Of a DNA stretch of 64,000 nucleotides, positions 38,296 to 51,837 are shown in pieces. The DNA comes from Antedon mediterranea. Its lineage: Eukaryota; Animalia; Echinodermata. How positions within the stretch are numbered: the stretch's first letter is position 1; each line of letters begins with the position of its first letter. The stretch is from contig NC_092677.1 of the NCBI RefSeq assembly GCF_964355755.1, positions 7,710,101-7,774,100 of the forward strand, given 5' to 3'. The notes below the pieces were generated by a model, which worked only from the letters and a program-made list of their open reading frames with translations, did no database searches and was not told where the DNA came from. The translations under genes and the position numbers were made by a program.

Positions 38296-40578
38296 CTTAT
38301 AAGGTTGTTTTTATTGATCTTGACGTCATTTGATTGCAATCAAAAATATTATCAGCATCAAATTGTATCATATAGTTCTATAGAATGAAAATCCTTTAAA
38401 AATAAACTAACATACGTAAATGTAATATATTATCATAGACTGAATTGATTGATCACGTACTATTTAAAACAAATTCAATTGTTTTAATTAATACTATTAT
38501 AAAAAGAAAGTTGTTATAATCAGATATTCATATTAGGCTATTGTCCTGGATGGTAAATGGATGTCCTACCCTTATTTCTTATGTAAAAATAAATTGTAGA
38601 AAAATAGGGTTTACAGATAAATAACAGAATAAGTAATGTAAGTTACTGTAAATGCTTATAATAAAGACTGATTATTACAGTATTCAGACCTGTAGGACAA
38701 AACTGTTCATGATTAAATTTTGTTTTTTTGCTCAAATAAAATCTTGAAATATTTTACTATAGGCCTAGATAATGAAAGTGTAATATCCACGATGTGTTGG
38801 TCAAGACTTTTATAACACACCTTAGTAGATGTCACTTAAATTGATTGAATGATTGTGGCTCACATGATACCGTATTCAATAAAAAAAAATTAAATAGATA
38901 AATCTGCATTTTCATTCTTGAACTATAGGATAATTGGCGGAAAAATATTTACATAGGACCATTTTGTTGGAGAAAATATTACAAGGAGGTGAGGTTATAT
39001 TTACAAGATTTCTATAAAGCTTTAATGTAAATCAGTCTTCCTTTATATTTCAACGAGGATCATTGTGTACTTCCGGTACCGTAGCAATACACAATTTTAC
39101 GATCGATAGCTGACTATCTTAATTGTAGTAATTTTGAAATAGATTAGTATAGGCCTAGATACTGTTCATGCATTACAACATGTAAGTATTCATGTATCTT
39201 AGTTCTCTTAAAGATTACAACAACGGACCTGTATTTATTTTGGTACTAGGCCTAAATCTCAACCTACACGGCAATTGACGATATTCCAGTTGCCTGCAGC
39301 TAGTTAGATATCAGGGAGTTATCTAAATGATTAACTCCCTGGACTTAATAATACAATACAGTTTAAAATAAATAGGCCTAGCACAAGGATTATACTTAAT
39401 GGCCAGATCTAGATTTGATTGCAATGGAGGTAAACCTATAAATGTCAGTTATTTTTATCTATAAAATCAAATTAGGCCTATAATAATTTAAGGAGAGTCC
39501 AAATACGCCTTATACGATTGGAATATTTGAATAATTAATTATCTTTTGTGGTTAATTACCACCTTTATTTTTTCACTGTTTCATAAATGATAATTTCAGA
39601 ATTTGTATACATTTTCTACCTGTTTTCGTTTTCTGAAAACAGTGAAGTAGGGACTTGGGGAAAAATCCTTCGTGAGGACAGCTATATACAGGACAGTAAA
39701 TAAGGAGGGCGTCATTATATTGATTTATTAAACATATAATGAAATGTTATGTTCTTATAAAATTAGCCCGAAATGAGTTTTCCATTGATTACAGTAAATT
39801 TCATCAATATAGGGATTACACAATCCTTTAGTGTAATGGGCCTTTAAATAAATATGTATTTTTCATCATAAAAGTATTTTATGCTAGAACTATAGGATAA
39901 CCATCTATGCTTCTTTTGATGAAAATAATATTTCCACACGTCCAATTAAATGACGTCATAATTAGTAAGAAATAATATAATTCATTCATCTTTTATTTCG
40001 GAAAAAATAATTCTCCATAACAAATTAGTTTTTATTTTTATTTATTTTTATTTCAACAATATTTTATGAGGGTGGTCCATCCAGCATCAGGTGATCATTA
40101 GGGACCCTCAAACAAAACAAACAGTAAATACAAAATAAACTATAAAAACACAAAATTAACAAAGATATAAAAAATAAATTTATATATATATACAAAAATA
40201 CAGTATGCCAACAATGAAAGAAGGATAAAAAGAATGGTGGTACATTATTATAAATATAAAGGAAAAATGTGGTTAATACAATAGCTTCATCCATCTACCA
40301 TGTAGATTGGATGATGGAAGAGCAAAATCATAAATACATTTCATGACCATATTGCCTGTCCTCCCCAACCTGCACAACATGCCATACACCACCTTACGCT
40401 GTATTTCGTAGAATGACCAAATCGGTTTTCTATAAACATGGTACTGGCACTGCAAGACCTAGGTTTATGAAGAAGCAGGCATAAGGCATTGTTGAAGCAC
40501 ACCTTTAGTGCTTCCATAGATTTTATATTAAAATGTGCCCACAGAGAAGCACAGTATTATTACATTTATTACAATATG

Positions 40579-43509
40579 CTGGGGCGGATCCAGACATTTT
40601 TGAGAGGGGGGGGGGGGAGGGTCCGCCGATAAAAAGGGCACATGAGGTATTGAGTATTTGAGCCACAGCCCCCCCATGGTGGGGGTTGTGGGGAAGCGAA
40701 TTTTGTCACAGGACACACTTAGGTGGCCGGAAATGGCACTCTCGCACGCAAAATCCATGATAAATGGCACCTTTCTAGTTCGCCGGAAATGACACTTTAT
40801 TAGCAGGGATAACGATGCAAAATTAAAAGTTGTTATTTTTCAACCAATTTAAACATTATCTGTTGGTATTTTGTTTCAATATTCCAATAAAGAAAGAATT
40901 ACGAAAATCTGACTTGTAGTTTTCAAAATATAGGGTCTAAAACATTGCCGAAAATGATCGTTTTTAGCCACGAACGTTAACAAATTGCGCCATTTTTCGC
41001 TAAAATAATTACATATAATTACGTTTTATAGTAATTTCTTTTATATCAACATTGGAAATGTCAATAAAATATGTTATTAAATGTTTATAAAATATATAGA
41101 GTTGTTTATTTACGGAATTCGTACAAATTCATTGCTCTAAATTTGTGTAGTACCGTTCAGTACAGAGAGATCACGTGACTTCTTGGTACACGCGAGAGAA
41201 AACATTCCGCTGTGGGTGATTCGCGTCCACCAATCAAATAGCCAGAATCCAAAATCATTCAACCGTGAGCTCTGCCGATCGCGGGGGGGGGGGGGGAAGC
41301 TCAGCTTTGATTGGCTTACGATGACATCATATCACAAAATGGTGGTTTTGTAGTTGAGCCTCACGTAATTTTCACAAATAGTGTTTCAAAAATGAAATAA
41401 ATGAACCTTCTTTATGGTATGTGTGATTTTTCTTTAAAAGATTTGAATAATAAAGGCTTCATATCGAGAAAAAAACATTTTTTTGGCACTTATAATAAAT
41501 ATTTTTCAGAGAAAAAAGCACATGGCTTGTAGAACTATATTATCTTGGCGTAGGAAGACAAACAAATCCCAGGTCATGAGAGGTTGAATAGTGTAAGGAC
41601 CGTTCGATGATGTTTGAGTAAACAATCTACCGCGTATGGTCGTACGCGCTAGATAGTACGATATTTTAACTACATTTTTTACATGTTTGGTTGGATGTAA
41701 TGGAAATAAAAAATAGTTGATCTGATGGAATGATATGTAAATAAACAAATACTCAAAAGAATTATGTTTACAGTTCAATTATTTTCAGAATAATAATACA
41801 TAAAAATGTGTTTACCAATGGACAAATAATCGCGTCAATGACATATCGCGCATGGTAACGTACGCGGAGTTGAATCGTAAAAGGTTTACATGCGCCCTCT
41901 GTAGTATGTGAAACGATCTATTTTTAGAAGTTTAAGTAGAGATCATCACGCGTCACCACCTCTCACGATGCTCTTTGATCGGCCGCCGTAACTTAACATC
42001 GCGCTCATCTATATATAAATTATGGTTAATTCTGACATAGGCGAGCACAATGCAAAAACTTCGGTACAAATCTCCGCCTTGGATACCTACCTTATCTATC
42101 CAAGATGTACCGTGAAACGTAGATTAGATAACATTAGTGTGCACGCCGACGCTATTGTTCCATATTTATATCTTTTAGGAAGATATTATAAAGAGTTTTT
42201 TAACAACATTTATGATTTCAACATTAGATTTTCCTCTCAATTTCAATTCTTCCCGGTCAAAGTAAGGTTCCGGGTTTAAGATAAGTTCACCTTGCAACAA
42301 CCTTAGTTTCAAATATTTTCTCTCTTTTAAACACAAGGGAGCAGTTAAAATAATAGATTTGACCCTAAAGGTGACTGGAAACAGGCACTTTCCATCAATC
42401 AATACAGTGTCCCTTTGGAAGACGAAAAAAAAATCAGATATATCCATTTCAGTTTTTTGTTTATTTTAAAACATACCGCGCGCATGTGTGAAGGTAGGCC
42501 TACAGTAGTTAAATAATAGGAATTATACTGCAAATTAATAAAGATCAAATTAAATATACGCCATAAAGAATCAGAATATATTGTGGGGAATAGTATTATA
42601 AAATTACATAGGGAGATTTGATGATAAGACATTTTTCGAGTGAAATCCCGATAGCTGAGTTTTATTGAGTAAGCTTGCAGGAATAACTGTAGGCTATCTT
42701 CCTGTGTCCCGTTAGGACCGAGATGTCTGCCCATGTTGCAAGCCGTAATGTCTTCTTTCTTGGGCCCACTCTGTCACGGCAGTTAGTTTCAAAAGATGAT
42801 TAAATTAAATAATGTATTAATAATTATTAGGATGGTATTCATTTGAATAAACGCCTCTCCAATAAAACATCACTTTGAATAATACCCCCCCACCCACCCC
42901 CAACCCAACTATCTAATAAACGTCCATCCACATATTTATAATAACACAATTATACTATTTGTAGTAGAATTCACCGCACTGTTATCTACAATTTACCAAG
43001 CATTTGTTATTCTTTTTTACCACTTTTCATATCTATTAGAGGATTTCATTTGATTATAAATGTTACCATTATTAAAACTAAAAAATTTAACATATATCCC
43101 TCGAATAAGCACCTCCCTCAAATGACATCCGCCTCCACAAAGGGCCCTACCAAACAATAAAAACTATACTTTCAAATGTTATTAATCATCTAAAACACTG
43201 TGAAACGAAGTAGTTTAGTTTTACGAATGTCAAGCATTTTCAATAATGGTAACCGACAGAAAACATATAAGGAGAACATTATCATTCCGAGAACCATTGT
43301 CTACACTTCCTAGAGGGGGAGCGAGCGAAGCGAGCTCACCCTCTAGTTGTGATAAATTTCTGTTTTTATTTTTGGGGTTAGTGTAGCCTACTCTGTACAC
43401 ACAAATATGTCACACGAATAAAATATTGAACCTCTAAAAAGGGCACCCTTAAAATTTAGGGGGGGTCCGGACCCCGTGGACCCCCCCCCCCCCTCTGGAT
43501 CCGCCCCAG
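40579..43509. mobile_element. Non-autonomous TIR element with G/C-rich ends and 5-bp TSD, hosting a Helitron
   Basis: TIR ctggggcggatccaga / tctggatccgccccag; TSD atatg at 40574-40578 and 43510-43514; empty site ttacaatatgttttaa at ~38085 and ~46301. Confidence 0.85.
42008..43346 (+). mobile_element. Non-autonomous canonical Helitron (1339 bp)
   Basis: A|TCTATATATAAA 5' end; 3' hairpin ctagagggggagc...gctcaccctCTAG|T; AT target, no TSD, no ORF. Confidence 0.8.
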
Positions 43510-46500
43510 ATATGTTTTAAACAAAAAACACTTTATGATTTTAGAGCATCTTGTTCTACATAGTGTATTAGCTTTAATGCACAATGACCTGTACTGTCTT
43601 TGATATCCGTACAGACAGAATAACATACATGCATATCAAAACATATAATAATGAAATGTTATGTTCTTATAAAATGAGCCCGATGAGTTTGATTACAGTA
43701 AATATTATTATCATGATTTCATCAATAAGGATTACTCAACCCTATAGTGTAATGGGCCTCTAAATAAATATGTATTTTTCATCATAAAAAAGATTCTAAA
43801 AGGATTTTGTGCTAGAACTATAGGATATAGTGATAATAATGATAGATAGGATGAAAATAATATTTCCACACGTCCAATTAAATGACGTCATGATTAGTAA
43901 GAAATAATAATTATAATACAACGATTTTATTGTTTTTTATTATTATTTATTGACGTCATTTGATTGCAATAAAAATATTATCAGTATCAATTTTATCCTA
44001 TAGTTCTATAGAACGAAAATCCTTTAGATTCTTTTGTTTTACGTAAGAATGTTTATATATGTATATCGTCGATCTTTGTCGTTCGTTATCGTCCTAGTGT
44101 AAATGAGCCTTAAAGCATTTTGAATTAGATCATGGTTTTCAGGAAAAAATAAATTAACATACGTAAATGTAAGAGTGAATTGATTGCTCATGTGCTATTT
44201 AAAACCTATTTAATTGTTTTAATTAATACTATTATAAAAAGAAAGTTGTTATAATCAGATATTCATATTAGGCTATTGTCCTGGATGGTAAATGGATGTC
44301 CTACCCTTAATTCTTATTTCAAAATAAATTGTAGAAAAATAGAGTTTACAGATAAATAACAGAATAAGTAATGTAAGTTACTGTAAATGCTTATAATAAA
44401 GACTGATTATTACAGTATTCAGACCTGTAGGACATAACTGTTCATGATTAAATTTTGTTTTTTTGCGCAAATAAAATCTTGAAATATTTTACTATAGGCC
44501 TAAATAATGAAAGTGTAATATCCACGATGTGTTGGTCAAGACTTTTATAACACACCTTAGTAGATGTCACTTAAATTGATTGAATGATTGTGGCTCACAT
44601 GATACCGTATTCAATAAAAAAAAATTAAATAGATAAATCTGCATTTTCATTCTTGAACTATAGGATAATTTGGGGAAAAATATTTACATAGGACCATTTT
44701 GTTGGAGAAAATATTACAAGGAGGTGAGGTTATATTTACAAGATTTCTATAAAGCTTTAATGTAAATCAATCTTCATTTATATTTGAACGAGGATCATTG
44801 TGTACTTCCGGTACCGTAGCAATACACAATTTTACGATAGCTGACTATCTTAATTGTAGTAATTTTGAAATAGATGAGTATAGGCCTAGATACTGTTCAT
44901 GCATTACAACATGTAAGTATTCATATATCTTAGTTCTCTTAAAGATTACAACAACGGACCTGTATTTATTTTGGTACTAGGCCTAAATCTCAACCTACAC
45001 GGCAATTGACGATATTCCAGTTGCCTGCAGCTAGTTAGATATCAGGGAGTTATCTAAATTATTAACTCCCTGGACTTAATAATACAATACAGTTTAAAAT
45101 AAATAGGCCTAGCACAAGGATTATACTTAATGGCCAGATCTAGATTTGATTGCAATGGAGGTAAACCTATAAATGTCAGTTATTGTTATCTATAAAATCA
45201 AATTAGGCCTATAATAATTATTTAAGGAGTGTCCAAATACGCCTTATACGATTGGAATATTTGAATAATTAATTATCTTTTGTGGTTAAGTACCACCTTT
45301 ATTTATTCACTGTTTCATAAATGATAATTTCAGAATTTGTATACATTTTCTACCTGTTTTCGTTTTCTGAAAACAGTGAAGTAGGGACTTTGGGAAAAAT
45401 CCTTCGTGAGGACAGCTATATACAGGACAGTAAATAAGGAGGGCGTCATTATATTGATTTATTAAACATATAATGAAATGTTATGTTCTTATAAAATTAG
45501 CCCGAAATGAGTTTTCCATTGATTACAGTAAATATTATTATCATAATTTCATCAATATAGGGATTACACAATCCTTTAGTGTAATGGGCCTTTAAATAAA
45601 TATGTATTTTTCATCATAAAAGGATTTTATGCTAGAACTATAGGATAACCATCTATGCTTCTTTTGATGAAAATAATATTTCCACACGTCCAATTAAATG
45701 ACGTCATAATTAGTAAGAAATAATATAATTCATTCATCTTTTATTACAAATTAGTTTTTATTTTTATTTATTTTTATTTCAACAATATTTTATGAGGGTG
45801 GTCCATCCAGCATCAGCTGATCATTAGGGACCCTCAAATAAAACAAACAGTAAATACAAAATAAACTATAAAAACACAAAATTAACAAAGATATAAAAAA
45901 TAAATATATATATATATATATATACAAAAATACAGTATGCCAACAATGAAAGAAGGATAAAAAGAATGGTGGTACATTATTATAAATATAAAGGAAAAAC
46001 GTGGTTAATACAATAGCTTCATCCATCTACCATGTAGATTGGATGATGGAAGAGCAAAATCATAAATACATTTCGTGACCATATTGCCTGTCCTCCCCAA
46101 CCTGCACAACATGCAATACACCATCTTACGCTGTATTTCATAGAATGACCAAATCGGTTTTCTATAAACATGGTACTGGCACTGCATGACCTAGGTTTAT
46201 TAAGAAGCAGGCATAAGGCATTGTTGATGCACACCTTTAGTTCTTCCATAGATTTTACATTAAAATTTGCCCACAGAGAAGCACAGTATTATTACATTTA
46301 TTACAATATGTTTTAAACAAAAAACACTTTATGTTTTTAGAGCATCTTGTTCTACATAGTGTATTAGCTCTAATGCACAATGACCTGTACTGTCTTTGAT
46401 ATCCATACAGACAGAATAACATACCTGCATATCATACGTTAATGAGTATTTTTCACACATATGAATTAGATGTTGCAGGCAGATGTGCAATAAGTACCAC

Positions 46501-47238
46501 CATCTGCGTAACTTATAAGGTTGTTTTTATTGATCTTGACGTCATTTGATTGCAATCAAAAATATTATCAGCATCAAATTGTATCCTATAGTTCTATAGA
46601 ATGAACATCCTTTAAAAATAAACTAACATACGTAAATGTAATATATTATCGAAGACTGAATTGATTGCTCATGTACTATTTAAAACATATTCAATTGTTT
46701 TAATTAATACTATTATAAAAAGAAAGTTGTTATAATCAGATATTCATATTAGGCTATTGTCCTGGATGGTAAATGGATGTCCTACCCTTATTTCTTATGT
46801 AAAAATAAATTGTAGAAAAATAGGGTTTACAGATAAATAACAGAATAAGTAATGTAAGTTACTGTAAATGCTTATAATAAAGACTGATTATTACAGTATT
46901 CAGACCTGTAGGACATAACTGTTCATGATTAAATTTTGTTTTTTTGCGCAAATAAAATCTTGAAATATTTTACTATAGGCCTAGATAATGAAAGTGTAAT
47001 ATCCACGATGTCTTGGTCAAGACTTTTATAACACACCTTAGTAGATGTCACTTAAATTGATTGAATGATTGTGGCTCACATGATACCGTATTCAATAAAA
47101 AAAAAAAAAATTAAATAGATAAATCTGCATTTTCATTCTTGAACTATAGGATAACCATAATATGTTCACACGTCCAATAAAAATAATGATAATATATATA
47201 TATTTTATTTCTCTTATTGATAATTACCTCATTTGATT

Positions 47239-50200
47239 GGATTAAAACAAAAAGTACGTTGATCAAAGCCAGCATAAATGGTTACCGTATCCTATTAGTT
47301 TTAAAATGAACATTTTTCGAATTTATTTTGTGTTATGTAAGAAACTTTAGGCTTTTAAATGTTAAAAGTAGGTATGTTATAAAACAACTAATGAATGTTT
47401 ATATATATGGAACAAATAATTTCATTCGCCAAAAGATGAAACAATGTATATTTTCAGCTCATGAAATTATTGTACCATTGCAATAAACTATTTGTATAAC
47501 AATGCATTTATATAATAATAAAGTAATAATATATTATACACAAAATAAATCATTAATCAAACAGCAAATATTCTCGAATGTTCCGATCTAAAACTATGTT
47601 TACACAAAACCTGCTATTATTTCATCACAAGACCAAAAGACAAAACTAAATACCATTAAATTGAACAGATTACTACGCGACCATATTTTCATTAAACCAA
47701 AGTGTGTTGCACAATTAAATATATACGTGCACCTGCTGGCCAAGTTACAACATAACTGCTATTGCCGTTTTCGAGATCTGCGACGAACAAAAAATGAGCA
47801 GAAAAATGAAATGTTTGACCGCTTTACAGAGAGCGAAAGCCTGGAGCGATGGACTAATTACTCTAGTAGCTAGATCAACTTTCGTATGCACTTTGAGGTC
47901 CAGAGAATTTGACTTCAAAAATTGGTTTTATTTAAAAAAAATGTGTAACAAATAACAAAATGTATATTTCGAACAATTTAAGACCTAATTCAAGTGTCTA
48001 CGATCAGTATAGTTACGGAGATACACGCCCTGGGTTGTGGGTCAAAGGTCAGAAATGGCATTTCCGATCATTTTTGACTAACATGTCCCATTAGATTGAA
48101 TATAAATGTATACCTTCAGATCAATTTGAGATCAAAATTACCTAGCTGTGACCAGTGGTTGTCGAGATTTAAGGACATATTGGTGTTTGGTCTTACACTC
48201 CTTTCACCGTGACATTTTGACCTTTCGCCACACTTTAAAAAAAAAAACATTTTATCAACAATCTCTTTTTGCTTTTCGAATCATGTCTATAATCCTATTC
48301 ACAGTTGAGCAGACTTTATTTCTTTCAACACAAGTATATAGGCCTAGCCTATACAACAGTAGGATAATTCCTAAAAATAATGTAAGTTACCGTATTATTT
48401 AATTAGGCTTATATAGACTAGCCTAGTACAGTAGGTCTAATTTCTGTCAGACCGATTAAGTACCTTCCTACTGGTTTATTATATAAACACATAAGGTTTA
48501 ATTTCAATGTAGTACAAATTAACGATGTTCATTCATTGTGATGAAAACTTTCGTTCATAAAAATAAAGTAAACATTTAAGACAGCCTCTTGGCTTACCCT
48601 TAAGTGAAAAGGTGAACAATTATAGGCCTAGAAGTGTTCATATTTGGTACTACTAGATCTTACATAATCATATAGTGGAACAAAATGGTTTAAGTCATCT
48701 TTGAGGCCAAATGCCATCTAATTTGTATTCTAATAGACTTGAAAACAAAAATAGACAAATTATCTTACCATGTTTCTATGTTACTAATACTAGCCATTAT
48801 TAAAAAAATATTATTTAATAAAATCATCAATATTTAAAAAAATGCTATTATTTCATCACATGCGACATGTAGTTAATTTATATAAACCCTACTTATAATG
48901 TGATTTTTAAGTGCTATTATTAAAAAAAAAACATTTTTTAACCAAACATTTGGGTTATTTTGGAACAATTAAATTTTAGATCATTAGGCTTTTAAATGTT
49001 AAAAGTAGGTATGTTATAAAATAACGAAATGGAACAAATAATTTTATTCGAAAACATTGTCTTTCAGCTCATGAAATTGTTGTACCATCGCAATTAAGAG
49101 CCATTGTCTGTAAAAATCAAAGATTTGGTGGCAGATGTAAAAAAATGGATTTCTCTCAAATTTTTACCATGAATAGACATTTCAATAAAAAGCATATCTA
49201 CAACATTCATTTTAATTTTTAGCCTCCGTTGCCATGACAACGGTCAATTATCCAAATGTTGATGTTTTTGCCATTTTTCAAAGATTTTCTATAGTGAAAA
49301 AGTACAAACTTGTATACTTATTCTAACCAAAAATACTTACAGTATACAGTTTTTGTTTATAGCAGTGTAAACAACATGTATTGAGTTCCATTTAATGTAG
49401 AAAAAAAATAATTACAAAATGGAGTTTGGTTGATACCATTATTTTAAAAAGAGGTGTTTTTAAAAAATATTTTTTTTATAAAAGTATACCTCATAAACGT
49501 ACCTATAACTTCCAAAGTGGTGTTTTTAAATCAATGAGGATTAAAACAAAAATTACGTTGATCAAAGCCAGCATAAATGGTTACCGTATCCTATTAGTTT
49601 TAAAATGAACATTTTTCGAATTTATTTTGTGTTATGTAAGAAACTTTAGGCTTTTAAATGTTAAAAGTAGGTATGTTATAAAACAACTAATGAATGTTTA
49701 TATATATGGAACAAATAATTTCATTCGCCAAAAGATGAAACAATGTATATTTTCAGCTCATGAAATTATTGTACCATTGCAATAAACTATTTGTATAACA
49801 ATGCATTTATATAATAATAAAGTAATAATATATTATACACAAAATAAATCATTAATCAAACAGCAAATATTCTCGAATGTTCCGATCTAAAACTATGTTT
49901 ACACAAAACCTGCTATTATTTCATCACAAGACTAAAAGACAAAACTAAATACCATTAAATTGAACAGATTACTACGCGACCATATTTTCATTAAACCAAA
50001 GTGTGTTGCACAATTAAATATATACGTGCACCTGCTGGCCAAGTTACAACATAACTGCTATTGCCGTTTTCGAGATCTGCGACGAACAAAAAATGAGCAG
50101 AAAAATGAAATGTTTGACCGCTTTACAGAGAGCGAAAGCCTGGAGCGATGGACTAATTACTTTAGTAGCTAGATCAACTTTCGTATGCACTTTGAGGTCC

Positions 50201-51837
50201 AGAGAATTTGACTTCAAAAATTGGTTTTATTTAAAAAAATGTGTAACAAATAACAAAATGTATATTTCGAACAATTTAAGACCTAATTCAAGTGTCTACG
50301 ATCAGTATAGTTACGGAGATACACGCCCTGGGTTGTGGGTCAAAGGTCAGAAATGGCATTTCCGATCATTTTTGACTAACATGTCCCATTAGATTGAATA
50401 TAAATGTATACCTTCAGATCAATTTGAGATCAAAATTACCTAGCTGTGACCAGTGGTTGTCGAGATTTAAGGACATATTGGTGTTTGGTCTTACACTCCT
50501 TTCACCGTGACATTTTGACCTTTCGCCACACTTTAAAAAAAAAAACATTTTATCAACAATCTCTTTTTGCTTTTCGAATCATGTCTATAATCCTATTCAC
50601 AGTTGAGCAGACTTTATTTCTTTCAACACAAGTATATAGGCCTAGCCTATACAACAGTAGGATAATTCTTAAAAATAATGTAAGTTACCGTATTATTTAA
50701 TTAGGCTTATATAGACTAGCCTAGTACAGTAGGTCTAATTTCTGTCAGACCGATTAAGTACCTTCCTACTGGTTTATTATATAAACACATAAGGTTTAAT
50801 TTTAATGTAGTACAAATTAACGATGTTCATTCATTGTGATGAAAACTTTCGTTCATAAAAATAAAGTAAACATTTAAGACAGCCTTTTGGCTTACCCTTA
50901 AGTGAAAAGGTGAACAATTATAGGCCTAGAAGTGTTCATATTTGGTACTACTAGATCTTACATAATCATATAGTGGAACAAAATGGTTTAAGTCATCTTT
51001 GAGGCCAAATGCCATCTAATTTGTATTCTAATAGACTTGAAAACAAAAATAGACAAATTATCTTACCATGTTTCTATGTTACTAATACTAGCCATTATGA
51101 AAAAAATATTATTTAATAAAATCATCAATATTTAAAAAAATGCTATTATTTCATCACATGCGACATGTAGTTAATTTATATAAACCCTACTTATAATGTG
51201 ATTTTTAAGTGCTATTATTAAAAAAAAAACATTTTTTAACCAAACATTTGGGTTATTTTGGAACAATTAAATTTTAGATCATTAGGCTTTTAAATGTTAA
51301 AAGTAGGTATGTTATAAAATAACGAAATGGAACAAATAATTTTATTCGAAAACATTGTCTTTCAGCTCATGAAATTGTTGTACCATCGCAATTAAGAGCC
51401 ATTGTCTGTAAAAATCAAAGATTTGGTGGCAGATGTAAAAAAATGGATTTCTCTCAAATTTTTACCATGAATAGACATTTCAATAAAAAGCATATCTACA
51501 ACATTCATTTTAATTTTTAGCCTCCGTTGCCATGACAACGGTCAATTATCCAAATTTTGATGTTTTTGCCATTTTTCAAAGATTTTCTATAGTGAAAAAG
51601 TACAAACTTGTATACTTATTCTAACCAAAAATACTTACAGTATACAGTTTTTGTTTATAGCAGTGTAAACAACATGTATTGAGTTCCATTTAATGTAGAA
51701 AAAAAATAATTACAAAATGGAGTTTGGTTGATACCATTATTTTAAAAAGAGGTGTTTTTAAAAAATTTTTTTTTTATAAAAGTATACCTCATAAACGTAC
51801 CTATAACTTCCAAAGTGGTGTTTTTAAATCAATGAGG
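47239..51837 (+). repeat. Near-identical tandem duplication of a ~2299 bp unit (47239-49537, 49538-51837)
   Basis: Only scattered differences; duplicated spurious ORFs 47661/49960 and 48148/50446; includes the left end of the TTAA element (49098-49537). Confidence 0.92.

Larger units (their letters stand above)
33137..47153 (+). repeat. Tandem segmental array of four ~2.0-2.5 kb units (starts ~33137, 35155, 38937, 44672) with unit-specific insertions
   Basis: Anchor aaaaatatttacataggaccattttgttggagaaaatattacaag occurs four times and units are collinear. Unit 3 switches back to unit-1-type sequence at ~43640. Confidence 0.9.

Noticed and set aside
36251-46249. Repeated 60-78 aa ORFs as a small-protein family
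   Set aside because: They recur only because the array is duplicated; they cross splice donors or lie in a LINE remnant.
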